The notes: generated by a model not told the origin, from the sequence alone. A stretch of DNA of 64,000 nt from an uncultured Gemmatimonadales bacterium (GCA_963748815.1 CAVVKJ010000008.1:1-64000), one strand, 5' to 3'; counted from the first letter of the stretch, positions 1 to 9,383 are shown. Made by a program: numbers and translations.

Positions 1-627
1 CGGATAGGCCCGATCGAGATAGGCGCGGCCGGAGGCCATGACCGAGTCCCAGTGCTCGAAGACGGTGTTGCCGTACTGTCGATTCAGCGACTCGAGCACG
101 GCCATCCCCTCGACCACCTCGGCGATCGGCGGGAACCCCGTCACGCCCGCGTAGCTGACGGTATCGAGGGTGGTGTTCGGCGTGAGGTTGATGCCGAGTT
201 CGACCGTGCGGGAGTTGGGTCCGGCGCGCGCGAAGTTCACCGTGCCCCGGCCGTTGGGGTGCCGCACCGGTTCGTCGGGAATGCCGGCCGCGTCCCACGC
301 CGTGTTGACCGCAGCGCTGTTCCCGACGCCGAACTGCACCACGTAGCCGCCCTTGAAGCTGGCGGTCGGACCCACCCGGTAGATCACGACGCCGTCGTAG
401 TAGCGGCCCTTGGCGAGGTGATAGAACCGATCGACCCCGAGCGGCGACCAGCCGCGGTGCGCCTTCACGACGACATTGCCCTTGGTGGTGGCGAAGACGA
501 CGAGAAAGCTGTCCGGTGCAGGCTGGTTGAGCGGGAGTTGGGAGGGGAGAGGCTGGGTTTGCGCCGCGAGCTCGGTGCGTCCGGGGCCGATTGCCATCAA
601 CGCGGCCAGGCAGAGCGCCTGGGACAT
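1..627 (-). CDS. cyclophilin-type peptidyl-prolyl isomerase, secreted (runs off window start)
   Basis: Manual translation: FATTKGNVVV..WSPLGVDRFYHL..YYDG..IYRV..VVQFG..GTVNFARAGPNSRT..FPPIAEVVEGM; N-terminal signal peptide. Confidence 0.85.
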   Translation of the reverse strand, partial: MSQALCLAALMAIGPGRTELAAQTQPLPSQLPLNQPAPDSFLVVFATTKGNVVVKAHRGWSPLGVDRFYHLAKGRYYDGVVIYRVGPTASFKGGYVVQFGVGNSAAVNTAWDAAGIPDEPVRHPNGRGTVNFARAGPNSRTVELGINLTPNTTLDTVSYAGVTGFPPIAEVVEGMAVLESLNRQYGNTVFEHWDSVMASGRAYLDRAYP

Positions 628-644
628 CCGAGGCGCCACCCGGG

Positions 645-1274
645 TCACGCGGCGTATCCCAGGACCGCCACGGCGTGGCAGGCCGTGCCCGCCAGGACGA
701 ACAGGTGCCAGACAAAGTGCCGGTAGGGGAGGCGACTGGCCGCGTAGAACCCGACGCCGGCGGTGTAGGCGAGCCCGCCGGCCGCGAGCCAGAGGAGTCC
801 CGAAACCGGCACCGCCTCGAGGAACGGCTTCGCGGCGACGACGATGAGCCAGCCCATCCCCAGGTACAGCGCCGTCGAGAACCTCGGGTGGCGGATGCCG
901 CCCCGGGCCTTGAGGACGATGCCGAAGACGGCGAGGACCCAGATGGCGCCCAGCAGGCTCCAGCCCCACGGGCCGCGGAGCACGCCGAGCATGAACGGGG
1001 TGTAGGTGCCAGCAATCAGCACGTAGATGGCGCCGTGGTCGAGCACCTGGAAGACCTGCTTGGCGCGCACGGGGGTGAGGGCGTGGTATAGCGTGGAGGT
1101 GAGGTAGAGCAGGGCGGCGCTCACCCCGAACACCAGCGCGCCGACCAGGGCCGCGGAGCCATGCTGCAGCGCGTTGACCGCCAGTACCGGCAGGACTGCC
1201 ACGGCGGCGAGGAAGCCGACGCCGTGGCTCACGCTGTTGGCGAGTTCCTCCCCGCGGGATTGCGCGCGTTGCAC
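645..1274 (-). CDS. hemolysin III / PAQR family membrane protein (TrhA-like)
   Basis: EELANSVSHG, STLYH, LDHGAIYVLIAGTYTPF and HFVWHLFVLAG motifs. Confidence 0.92.
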   Translation of the reverse strand: MQRAQSRGEELANSVSHGVGFLAAVAVLPVLAVNALQHGSAALVGALVFGVSAALLYLTSTLYHALTPVRAKQVFQVLDHGAIYVLIAGTYTPFMLGVLRGPWGWSLLGAIWVLAVFGIVLKARGGIRHPRFSTALYLGMGWLIVVAAKPFLEAVPVSGLLWLAAGGLAYTAGVGFYAASRLPYRHFVWHLFVLAGTACHAVAVLGYAA

Positions 1275-1796
1275 TCAGCCCTCCCCGGCTGCCGCGTGCG
1301 GCCGGACGGGACCCAGCAGCACGGCCCACGCGCCGGCCCGCCCCATGATGCGCACGGCCTCCGACGCCAGGGAGTAAACCAGGAGCATGACGTACAGCCA
1401 CATGTGCACGATGGCGAATCGCGCGGTGGGAATGTCTTCGAGGACCTTCCGGATCGCGGCGCCGACATCGCCGTGCTTCAGGAGCACCGGGATCAGCTCC
1501 TCGACCTGCCGGAGCATGACCGCCACCGTCCCGAACAGCACCGTCTTCCAGACCAGGTTGTACAGGAGACGGTTGGAGAAGAGACGGGCCAGCGCGGTGT
1601 GATCGAGCAGCAGGATCGTCTTGGCCACGATGATGGCGGAGACGGTCGCGATGGTGGTGCCGGTGGTGGTGATGTGATAGTCCGTCAGGATCACCGCCTT
1701 GGTGATCGACATCATGTGGAACGCCACCAGGAAGAAGAGCATGGCCGGGAGCAATTCCCGCAGCTCGTTCTTGACGACCGTCATCGCCTTGCTCAT
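1275..1796 (-). CDS. hypothetical membrane protein
   Basis: ORF from MSKAMTVV with 4 hydrophobic segments, abutting the downstream gene. Confidence 0.7.
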   Translation of the reverse strand: MSKAMTVVKNELRELLPAMLFFLVAFHMMSITKAVILTDYHITTTGTTIATVSAIIVAKTILLLDHTALARLFSNRLLYNLVWKTVLFGTVAVMLRQVEELIPVLLKHGDVGAAIRKVLEDIPTARFAIVHMWLYVMLLVYSLASEAVRIMGRAGAWAVLLGPVRPHAAAGEG

Positions 1797-1809
1797 CGGG
1801 CGCCTCGGA

Positions 1810-2298
1810 TCATGGTGGAGGGGGGCCGTCGGGGTGTTTCCGGCAGGCCGGCGGTTGTTCGATGCTCCAGGCGAGCGTGGCGATCCGCCATCCCTCCGGT
1901 GCCTTGAGCATCGTGAAGATGTCCACACCGCAATGCGACCAGGCGCCGTCCCGGTAGAAGTCGTAGGGGAGCCAGACCATGGCGACCGGACCGGACAGCA
2001 TCACCTCGGGGTCGAATCCTCGTTCGGTGAAGCGGCGGTCCGACTGCATGGCGCGCTGCTCCGCCCGCGACCGGAACGAGACCCAGGGGTGTCCCTCGCG
2101 CTCCCCCGCGGAAAAGGTAGCCGCTGAGTCGAGCATCAGGTCGGTGAACGCGACGAAGTCGTTCCGGCTGATGGCCGCGAGCGCCGAGTCGGCGAGGGCG
2201 AGCACCAGTGCGCGGTCGTCGGCGGGTGCCTGCGCCGCGGCCGGGGCGACTCGCCCCGCGGCGGTGGCCAGGAGGACAGCGACCATCAGGTGGCGCAT
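1810..2298 (-). CDS. NTF2/SnoaL-like (lumazine-binding/DUF4440) secreted protein
   Basis: Signal peptide; AMVWLPYDFYRDG..SHCGVDIFTMLK..GWRI motif. Confidence 0.8.
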   Translation of the reverse strand: MRHLMVAVLLATAAGRVAPAAAQAPADDRALVLALADSALAAISRNDFVAFTDLMLDSAATFSAGEREGHPWVSFRSRAEQRAMQSDRRFTERGFDPEVMLSGPVAMVWLPYDFYRDGAWSHCGVDIFTMLKAPEGWRIATLAWSIEQPPACRKHPDGPPPP

Positions 2299-2786
2299 CA
2301 GGGCGCCGCGGGCGCGGGCGGCATCGGGACCGAGGCGTGGTCCATGATGTAGACCCACTTTCCGTCGCGCATCGCCTTCACGTCGGAATAGCGGCCGGTG
2401 AGGACGATCGCGGTGCCGTCGCCGGCTGGAACGGTCATCGTCCACGCGCCCCAGCCGAGGACCACGTCGCCGGCGGCGATATTCACCGGGGCGTCGAACG
2501 CCAGCTGCACACCGGGCATCGAGGCGAAGACGATTTCCCATCCCGCCTTGGCGCCGTCCCAGCCGAGGCCGCCCATGCCGTCCAGTCCGATGCTCACCAG
2601 TTCGGGGCTGTTCCAGTAGGTGGCCATGAGCGCGTTCACGTCGCCCGCGTTGAAGGCGTCGAGGAAGGCTTGGTCGACGGCATTGGCCGCGGCGACCATG
2701 GCGTCGGGCGTCGGGCCCTTGGGGGCGCAGGCGCCGAGCATCGCGACGGCGGCGAGGAGGCAGGTCGTGCGGGAGAGGAATCGCAT
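2298..2786 (-). CDS. DUF4440/SnoaL-like lipoprotein
   Basis: LGAC lipobox; FLDAFNAGDVNALMATY ... DGKWVYIMDHAS. Confidence 0.82.
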   Translation of the reverse strand: MRFLSRTTCLLAAVAMLGACAPKGPTPDAMVAAANAVDQAFLDAFNAGDVNALMATYWNSPELVSIGLDGMGGLGWDGAKAGWEIVFASMPGVQLAFDAPVNIAAGDVVLGWGAWTMTVPAGDGTAIVLTGRYSDVKAMRDGKWVYIMDHASVPMPPAPAAP

Positions 2787-2930
2787 ACGCGGGCGCTCCG
2801 GAGTGTGGAGGGTCGAATGGGGGGGCAGGGGTCAAAAGTTAACCCGGGGGGCGCCCGGCTCGTCACGCGATCGGCCTGAGGACGCAAGCAACCCACGCTC
2901 CTCGACCGGCCAGCGCTCGCGCTCGTCGTC

Positions 2931-3446
2931 CTAGCGCGGCATCGCGTTCCACGCGGACTCGTCGGCGGGCGCCAACTGGCGCTCCATGAGGATCAGCCAC
3001 CGGTCGTCCTGCCGCACGAGCAGCGCCTCGAACGGGACGATGTAGCGCGTCGTGCTCCCGGCGCTGTCGGTCGCGGCGTAGTTGAACATCCCCGACTCGA
3101 AGGCGGTTTCGGCGCCGTCCTGCCGCCGCGAGAAGCGGAAGGCCACCGAGGCACGGCTCCCGTCTCGCTTCATCGCCTCCATGGACTGCCCCCACCCCGC
3201 CAGCGCCCGCGCGATCGGCATGGTTCCCTGGGACGTGACCAGGACCGCATCGGGGTGGTAGGTGGCCGCCATCCCGGCGATGTCATGCTCCAGCACCGTG
3301 GTGGAGATGGCCGTCCAGACCTGGGCGTCGATCGCCCCGCTGGACGACTCGGTGCTCTGCGCCGAGAGCGGTGTCGCCCAGGCGACGAGCGTGGCGGCGG
3401 CGACGAGAGGCAGGATCCGGGAGGACAGGCAACGGGGTGCGCGCAT
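2931..3446 (-). CDS. NTF2-like (DUF4440) secreted protein
   Basis: Signal peptide; YHPDAVLV ... FEALLVRQDDRWLILME. Confidence 0.75.
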   Translation of the reverse strand: MRAPRCLSSRILPLVAAATLVAWATPLSAQSTESSSGAIDAQVWTAISTTVLEHDIAGMAATYHPDAVLVTSQGTMPIARALAGWGQSMEAMKRDGSRASVAFRFSRRQDGAETAFESGMFNYAATDSAGSTTRYIVPFEALLVRQDDRWLILMERQLAPADESAWNAMPR

Positions 3447-3585
3447 GCAGGCTCCCGGGAAACGTGATGGAGCGGCCGTCAACGGCCGGAGGACGCGAGG
3501 AGCAAAAGATGCCTCCCGCGCCGTGGTCCGGCAAGCGGGACGCCGGCCGCCGCGCCTGCGCGGTCTCGTCAGCGACATGCGATGG

Positions 3586-4257
3586 TCAGGTGACCTCGTC
3601 AATCGGGATCAGGCGGGGTCTGGCTACCACGAAGCGTTCGACGAGGAGCAGGTTGGGCACCCAGCACAGCCACGCGATCACCTGATACGACGGTCCGAAC
3701 GGCAGGCCCAACACCTGGCTGAGCGGGAGGTAGATGCGCAGGGTGACCGCGGCGAGCGTCAGGGCGTAGCTCCGGAGCATCCAGCGCCGGTGGGAGGCGA
3801 GGTCGCGACGGCGAATCGCGCGATAGGCCTCGACCGTGGTCCCCAGCCACGCAACCGCCAGCAGCCCAAAGCCCCAGTGCGTCACGATGCCTTCCTGTGA
3901 CCCTGGTGCCAGCATGACCGCGCCGAGACCACCCACGAGCACGGCGATGACATACACGCGGCCGAGCCATCGATGCATCGAGGGGTGGCGGGTGCGCAAC
4001 TGGGTGTGGAGCTGCCAGGCGCCCACCGCCAGTGCCAGCGAGCCGCCGGCCAGGTGCATTGCGAGCGGCAAGGCGAAGCGCGTGCGCAGTTCGGCGACAA
4101 ATGGGGGCCCGAAATGGGGAAGGATGAGCACGGCGGCCGCATAGGCGGCGACGGCGGAGCTCAGGACAACCACGGTGACCCACCACGATCGTCGCACGCG
4201 TGTACCTCCAGCGGTTTGCCGCCCAACCCAGGACGCCTCACCTGCGAGGGCGCTCAC
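3586..4257 (-). CDS. DUF2306 family membrane protein
   Basis: HRWLGRVYV, HRRWMLRSYALTLAAVTLR and WLCWVPNLL motifs; start uncertain. Confidence 0.85.
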   Translation of the reverse strand: MSALAGEASWVGRQTAGGTRVRRSWWVTVVVLSSAVAAYAAAVLILPHFGPPFVAELRTRFALPLAMHLAGGSLALAVGAWQLHTQLRTRHPSMHRWLGRVYVIAVLVGGLGAVMLAPGSQEGIVTHWGFGLLAVAWLGTTVEAYRAIRRRDLASHRRWMLRSYALTLAAVTLRIYLPLSQVLGLPFGPSYQVIAWLCWVPNLLLVERFVVARPRLIPIDEVT

Positions 4258-4429
4258 GGCGGCTGCTGGGCCTGGGGTGAGACGTCGTCAGCCTCCAGTA
4301 CGGCGTCGACGGTCTGGTACAAGGCGTTTGACGCCGCCCGTCCAGTCCCGTCCCATCCATGGGGGTCGAGACCGCTTCGCGCCATGAGGGCAAATCTCCC
4401 ACATCGCGACGAGTGGGACAGCGGCTCAG

Positions 4430-4735
4430 TCACCGGACAGGCGGTCGGCCACCTTCATTGGTCTCTGTCGGGCCGCCGGCGGTCAGCAGGCGCTCTGCGA
4501 AGTCGACGCGTTCCTGTAGTTCAGCCACTTGCGCGCGCAATACATTGAGATCGTCACTGAGCGCGCCGACCGCGGGTCCCAAGGCCGCGTCGCTGCCTCC
4601 CATCGCAAGCTCCTGGTGCCGAATCTCCAGTTCTTTCATCTTGCGGGTGTGACCTGCAATCAGCGCTACGAAGCCGACAAACCCGGGGACGCCAACCACG
4701 ACGGCGGCGATGGGAATCAAAGTGGACAAATCCAT
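4430..4735 (-). CDS. small membrane-anchored coiled-coil protein
   Basis: GGAGG RBS; N-terminal TM; C-terminal ELQERVDFAERLL. Confidence 0.75.
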   Translation of the reverse strand: MDLSTLIPIAAVVVGVPGFVGFVALIAGHTRKMKELEIRHQELAMGGSDAALGPAVGALSDDLNVLRAQVAELQERVDFAERLLTAGGPTETNEGGRPPVR

Positions 4736-4924
4736 CTCTTCTCTCCTCCGTGCTCAACGACATATCGGCGGGACGTACATCCCTTCATCATACACCCGGG
4801 AGGCCAAGCGCGGTCCGCTGTGCCTCGGTCGCTTCCACGAACGGACGCGCCAGGTCGAGAATGCCCTCGGGCGGCAACGCCGCCGCCCCTACCAAAGTGT
4901 CACCTGTGTCCCTGGACCGTCTGG

Positions 4925-5420
4925 TTACCTGTGTCCTTGACTGCTCACATGTGCTCGGACCAGCGCCAGTGCTGCCCTCACGAGGTCGGCGTTGTCCTGG
5001 GCGGGCGAGCCGTCCGGAAGTACCGTGACGTCCTCCAGCCCGGTCCGGATCCCGTGTCCTCGATCGAGGGCGCGGCGACACCGGCCGGCCAATCCAGAAG
5101 CCACAAAGGCATTCGCATCGTCGAGCGTGAGCAAGCCAGCCTCGATCGCCACGCCGCGGGAAAGCAGGAGCTCACACAACTCAAGGATGCCTGGCTCTCC
5201 CTGATTGGCGGTGACCAGGTCGGGCAGGTCCTCTCACGCCTCAACGATGCGCCACCGCTCCTCGGGATCCGGGCACATTGTCGCTGACGTGGTCAACGAG
5301 ACGGGCATGTCGGGACAGAGACGACGGATACCTCGTAGAACCTCCGCACAGGCGGTGCCATCCAGGGTCTCCCGGCCGGCGTGGTCGAAGGCATGGACGT
5401 GCACCGAGTGAGCACCGGCT
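4925..5420 (-). pseudogene. 3-keto-5-aminohexanoate cleavage enzyme family (BKACE/DUF849) remnant
   Basis: SVHVHA..ETL, PVSLTTS, IEAGL and GHGIRTGLED motifs; in-frame stop near 5235, internal deletion, N-terminus missing. Confidence 0.75.
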
Positions 5421-5468
5421 CTTCCGCAAGAGTCGTCTTACCTGACGCAGCCGATCGCGGGTGGACCG

Positions 5469-6086
5469 CTAATGTGTCTGGCTCACGCTCGTCACATGCG
5501 CCCAGATTACGAAGGTGGTGTCCCGAACAGCGTTGGCGCCTTGAATGACCATCCCCCAGGGTGACTGCCAATCGGCCAACACGGGAGGGGTGCTAGTCAA
5601 AGCGACATCGTCTAAGGCTGCCTCAGTCGAGTCGTTCAACTGCCAACTAATGTACTCCACGTTCACGGAGCCCTGGAGTGGCAAATTGGCGAAACTGTTT
5701 ATGAAGTACTCGTCTTCGCCGAATACGTCGTTCACAAGTAACATGTAGAACTCGACCTTACTTGGATCCGTCTGGAAGACGAGGCCGCCTACCGACAGCT
5801 TGATCCCGTACGGTGCCGCTCTCATCAGGTACTCACCCTGGTCCAAGGTGCCCCTGTTCACGGCGTCGAGGTCGTACGTATAGGCACCCGTTACGGTGTT
5901 GCCAACCGTAGCTGCGCCTGCCAACAGATTGGTGAGGTCGTCGACGGAATCCACGGTGGCAACAAATGTCATGGTGATTTGATTCGCTGTCGACTTCGGC
6001 CCAGCCGATTCGCTGGCGCAGGCAGCAAAGGCCCATACACCAGCACTACCCAGCATGAAGGCGACTGCGGCTTCGTGGCGGTTCAT
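5469..6086 (-). CDS. hypothetical lipoprotein (possibly the most distal cassette)
   Basis: GGAGG RBS; FAAC lipobox; follows a truncated attC. Confidence 0.65.
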   Translation of the reverse strand: MNRHEAAVAFMLGSAGVWAFAACASESAGPKSTANQITMTFVATVDSVDDLTNLLAGAATVGNTVTGAYTYDLDAVNRGTLDQGEYLMRAAPYGIKLSVGGLVFQTDPSKVEFYMLLVNDVFGEDEYFINSFANLPLQGSVNVEYISWQLNDSTEAALDDVALTSTPPVLADWQSPWGMVIQGANAVRDTTFVIWAHVTSVSQTH

Positions 6087-6123
6087 CGGCATCCCTCCGC
6101 TACTGGACGAGCCTCGCGCGCCA

Positions 6124-6157
6124 GCGCGCCCTCGACAGCTGCATGCGCTGGTTAGGC
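6124..6157 (-). repeat. attC, truncated (only R''/L'' arm remains)
   Basis: gcgcgccctcgacagctgcatgcgctggttaggc with no partner arm. Confidence 0.85.
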
Positions 6158-6171
6158 TGCGCGGTCCACCA

Positions 6172-6480
6172 TTACCCGGCCTTCTCGTAGACCGGTACCT
6201 CACGCTCCAGTCGTGAGCCCAGACGATCCCGCTCGACATCCAGGTCATAGGCCGCCTGCAGGTTCAGCCAAAACCGGTCAGACGTACCAAAGAAGCGAGC
6301 GAGGCGCAGGGCGGTATCCGCGCTCACCCCACGCGTTCCGTGCACGATCTCATTGATCCGCCGCGCCGGCACCGAGAGGCTCTTCGCCAAGCGATACTGC
6401 GTCAGCTCCAGCGGCGCCAGAAACTCCTCGGCGAGCACCTCGCCGGGGTGGACCGGGGCCAGTCGCTTGCGAGTTGTCAT
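6172..6480 (-). CDS. higA: HigA family antitoxin (XRE HTH)
   Basis: PVHPGEVLAEEFL..LTQYRLA..RINEIVHG..TALRLARFFG..FWLNLQ. Confidence 0.95.
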   Translation of the reverse strand: MTTRKRLAPVHPGEVLAEEFLAPLELTQYRLAKSLSVPARRINEIVHGTRGVSADTALRLARFFGTSDRFWLNLQAAYDLDVERDRLGSRLEREVPVYEKAG

Positions 6481-6489
6481 CAGACCCTC

Positions 6490-6771
6490 CTAGTGATAAT
6501 CGACCATCTCGACCTGGCGCGCTTCCCCGTCTTTCCAGGTGAAGCATAGCCGCCATTGGTCATTGACCCGAATGCTCCATTGGCCGGCGCGATTCCCGCT
6601 GAGCTTCTCGAGCCGGTTGCCGGGGGGTACCCGCAGGTCGTCGATCCGAGTGGCGGCATCCAGCATTCGGAGCTTCCGTAACCCGGCGCGCTGGACATCC
6701 GGACCCCATCGCTTGACGGGCTCCCGGGCAAATAGCCGCTCGGTGTCTTTGTCACGGAAGCTGCGGATCAC
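6490..6771 (-). CDS. higB: HigB family toxin (RelE-like killer protein)
   Basis: MIRSFRDKDTE..PPGNRLEKLSG..WSIRVNDQWRLCF..VDYH. Confidence 0.95.
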   Translation of the reverse strand: MIRSFRDKDTERLFAREPVKRWGPDVQRAGLRKLRMLDAATRIDDLRVPPGNRLEKLSGNRAGQWSIRVNDQWRLCFTWKDGEARQVEMVDYH

Positions 6772-6777
6772 GGAGCT

Positions 6778-6806
6778 ATAGTAACGCGGCGCGTTACTAT
6801 TGTCAA
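6778..6806 (-). promoter_or_regulatory. higBA sigma70 promoter with palindromic operator
   Basis: TTGACA-17-TACTAT, 6 nt before GTG; ATAGTAACGCG-N-CGCGTTACTAT palindrome at 6778-6800. Confidence 0.85.
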
Positions 6807-6825
6807 GCGGGAGGAATTGCGCAGC

Positions 6826-7122
6826 CTAACGACGGGCTTGCCACCGGCGCGGATCGCGGCGACCGTGCATCACCGCCAGGACTGAGATACTTCCGGGCAA
6901 CACAACGAAGAAGATGAGATAGGGAAAGCGCCGAAGTCGTGCTCGGCGGATGTCGTCCACGGCGATGGGAAACTGTTCGGGAGCCCGTTCGATCGCCGCG
7001 AGGCCGATTCGGACAGCCCGGACGAATTCATGCCCCAATCCGGTGCTGCGCTCCTCATACCACCGAAATGCCTCAGCGAGCTCGGCCCGAGCCTCAGGCC
7101 GAAGAAACAAGCGCGGCGTCAT
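6826..7122 (-). CDS. RelE/ParE family toxin
   Basis: PEARAELAEAFRWYE..GLG..RRFPYLIFF..VLAVMHGRRDP. Confidence 0.9.
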   Translation of the reverse strand: MTPRLFLRPEARAELAEAFRWYEERSTGLGHEFVRAVRIGLAAIERAPEQFPIAVDDIRRARLRRFPYLIFFVVLPGSISVLAVMHGRRDPRRWQARR

Positions 7123-7334
7123 GCGCCGCGCTCTTCGATCTCGTCCAAGGCCTCCCCCCATGGCTGGCCAGGAGCCCCGTCTTTTGCGAGAGCGGCTCGG
7201 CGTCGCCTGAGCTCGGCCACCTGGTCCGGCGGCAGCTCCACGCTCTGTGGCTCAAGGCTATCCCAAAGCTGCTCAGCGAGTTCGATCCGCTCAGCCGGCG
7301 TCAGGTGGGAGAAGTCGAAGATTGGTGCGGTCAT
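7119..7334 (-). CDS. addiction-module antitoxin (unstable antitoxin family)
   Basis: LTPAERIELAEQLWDSL..ELRRR..GQPW; ATGA overlap with the toxin. Confidence 0.88.
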   Translation of the reverse strand: MTAPIFDFSHLTPAERIELAEQLWDSLEPQSVELPPDQVAELRRRRAALAKDGAPGQPWGEALDEIEERGA

Positions 7335-7340
7335 AAGTCT

Positions 7341-7369
7341 AATGTGGCAAGGAGCTTAGGTTCCCGCAA
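7341..7369 (-). promoter_or_regulatory. TA operon promoter
   Basis: TTGCGG-17-CACATT, 6 nt before ATG. Confidence 0.55.
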
Positions 7370-7391
7370 GATGGGTGGGGATGACGCTGAG

Positions 7392-7521
7392 GCCCAACGA
7401 ACGACAGGCGCATCAGCGGCGAGGGCGCTCGCGGCAGCCGCCGCGCTCCTTCGAGCAGTATCAGGCGCGGCGGCTGCCGCAGCGGGAGCGCGCCATCGAC
7501 AGCTGCATGCGCTGGTTAGGC
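7392..7521 (-). repeat. attC (aberrant R' region, GTTcGTTGGGC)
   Basis: Family repeat with extra bases at the R' end. Confidence 0.85.
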
Positions 7522-8022
7522 AGCACGGACACTGGATGCTGACTCGAAGGGATGCTGACGTGAAAGGACCGCGTCACAGACCCAAGGCCGACGCACGGCT
7601 CACGGGACAGCCCTTGGCCGACGCTTGCAATCACTCCAAGATGCCCGGGATCGGGGAAGACCACTGCCCGTAGTTCTTGCCAGTCGTATGGCCCGTGACC
7701 CAAAAGTATACGGACTGGCCACCGGCAGCCGTTCGCGCGACCGTAGACCGCAGGTGACTGGCAGGAGACGGCCCGTCTACAGAGGCTGTCGCTGTAGAAT
7801 GATCGGTCGTCAAACTGATGTAGATGCGGTAGCTCTGAGCAGACTCAACGGCGATAAACGCGAAACGTATAGTGCCAGTAGGTGGGGTCACAGACAGCGG
7901 AGCAAGAGCAAGTTGGTCGACGACCGGCAGAGACGCGCCATCGAGCGCCCCGCCAAGATTCCTCCGGGGGCGATGGCTGGGCACTTCTCCGGGACGGCGA
8001 TTCGTCTGGAAGGAATGTAGCT
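7522..8022 (-). pseudogene. degraded cassette with no clean ORF
   Basis: Bounded by attC sites; 5' end similar to the triplicated lipoprotein cassette; no intact start-to-stop ORF. Confidence 0.45.
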
Positions 8023-8150
8023 GCCTAACGAATGGCGCATCAACGGCGAGGGCGCTGCGCGGGAGCCGCCGCGCCGTCCTCGGATAGAACCTACGGCGTG
8101 GCGGCTGCCCGCACCAGCGCGCCCTCGCCAGCTGCATGCGCTGGTTAGGC
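8023..8150 (-). repeat. attC (divergent variant)
   Basis: gcctaac...gttaggc with diverged inner stem and loop. Confidence 0.88.
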
Positions 8151-8157
8151 GGCGCGG

Positions 8158-8562
8158 TCACTCGGAACGGCGCACGAGCTCCCAAAACCCCCTCGGCGAC
8201 AGGACAGGCAGCGGCACCGTGCCGTGGAGGACCAGCAGGTCTTGGTCGCCTGTGACGAGGACTTCTGCCCCACCCGCGAGGGCCGATGCCAGCACCCAGA
8301 GGTCGTCCGAGTCACGCACGGTCACATCGGGTGGGGTCTTGGGGCGGGGAATGATCGTTTGATCTCGGAGCAACTGCAGCACCAGCCCCACCTGCGCGGT
8401 CGGCACTCCCATTCGCTTCTGGAGCACGCGCTCAAGCTCGGCGAGATTGACCTCGCCGGTGAGGAGCTCATGTTCGGTGAGGATGAGGCGGACGACATCG
8501 GCACTGAGGCCGCGCGTTGTGAAGGCCGAAACGAGGACATTGGTGTCGAGGAAGACCTTCAT
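8158..8562 (-). CDS. PIN-domain toxin (PIN_3/VapC-like)
   Basis: VFLDTNVLVSA..ELERVL..RDSDDLWVLASA..LVTGDQDLL. Confidence 0.92.
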   Translation of the reverse strand: MKVFLDTNVLVSAFTTRGLSADVVRLILTEHELLTGEVNLAELERVLQKRMGVPTAQVGLVLQLLRDQTIIPRPKTPPDVTVRDSDDLWVLASALAGGAEVLVTGDQDLLVLHGTVPLPVLSPRGFWELVRRSE

Positions 8563-8774
8563 GACACGTCGCGGAACACATCCTCGTCGGTCAGCAGCCC
8601 GCGGGCCTCGGCGAAGGGCATGAGTTGCCGCCGAGCCTCGTCAAACCGGAGGATCGCCAGCTGGCGGCGCAAGGCGTCCCGGACCAGGTCCGAGCGGGTG
8701 CGGCCCAGGCGCTTGCTGAGGCGGTCGAGCTGGCGCTGGAGGGCGGGGTCGAGGCGAATCGTAACGGCTGCCAT
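8559..8774 (-). CDS. CopG/ribbon-helix-helix antitoxin
   Basis: VTIRLD..LDRLSKRLGRTRSDLVRDALRR..GLLTDEDVF; overlaps the PIN start. Confidence 0.88.
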   Translation of the reverse strand: MAAVTIRLDPALQRQLDRLSKRLGRTRSDLVRDALRRQLAILRFDEARRQLMPFAEARGLLTDEDVFRDVS

Positions 8775-8781
8775 GTAAGAC

Positions 8782-8810
8782 AATGTAATACGGGGTGGCA
8801 CATCGGTCAA
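8782..8810 (-). promoter_or_regulatory. TA operon promoter
   Basis: TTGACC-17-TACATT, 7 nt before ATG. Confidence 0.75.
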
Positions 8811-8820
8811 GCGAGGGGTT

Positions 8821-8902
8821 CCGCGCTGCCTCGCATTTAGCATAAAGCGCGGCGGCTGCCGCATATAGAGCGCGCCCTTCCAGCTGCATGCGCTGGTTAG
8901 GC
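8821..8902 (-). repeat. attC, truncated (L'/R' arm deleted)
   Basis: Loop plus R''-side arm only. Confidence 0.85.
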
Positions 8903-8918
8903 CGCCTCGGAAAGGGGT

Positions 8919-9353
8919 CTAACCGGAATAAACGGTTTCTTCGGGTTCGTCCGTGGAGCTCTCGAACTCCAGGCGATACCCATCGGGATCGGTGACTGAG
9001 GTAACCCACAGGCGGTTGCCGACGAATGGCCGCGTGGCGGACACCCCGCGGGACGTGAGGCCGTGGTAGACCGTCAAGGCGTCCGCGCACATGAAGCAGA
9101 TGGAGACTCCCTGGCCCAGTGCCCCCTCAGGGGCCTCCGCGCGGCGCCCATCGCGCCAGTATTCCTGGAGCATGAGGGCGGCATCGCCGAGCTGAAGCGA
9201 GCACCACCGGATGCGTCCCTCCGGGATCCACTGATTGGTCAGCACGAACCCGAGGCCCTCGACATAGAAACGAAGGGAAGCCTCAATGTCGGTGACGTTG
9301 AAAAAGGGCACCGCCTGCTTGACGTTGGGGCCGACCGTGGTCTCGGTGGACAT
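8919..9353 (-). CDS. VOC/glyoxalase (bleomycin-resistance-like) protein
   Basis: VPFFNVTDIEASLRFYVEGLGF..VTDPDGYRLEFES. Confidence 0.9.
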   Translation of the reverse strand: MSTETTVGPNVKQAVPFFNVTDIEASLRFYVEGLGFVLTNQWIPEGRIRWCSLQLGDAALMLQEYWRDGRRAEAPEGALGQGVSICFMCADALTVYHGLTSRGVSATRPFVGNRLWVTSVTDPDGYRLEFESSTDEPEETVYSG

Positions 9354-9383
9354 AAAGGAGTCCTCAGGACAAATCCGGATGCG

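Noticed and set aside
1..4735. Co-oriented small genes left of the array as ancient cassettes
   Set aside because: No attC remnants found; genes abut or overlap like an operon and resemble the flanking high-GC coding style
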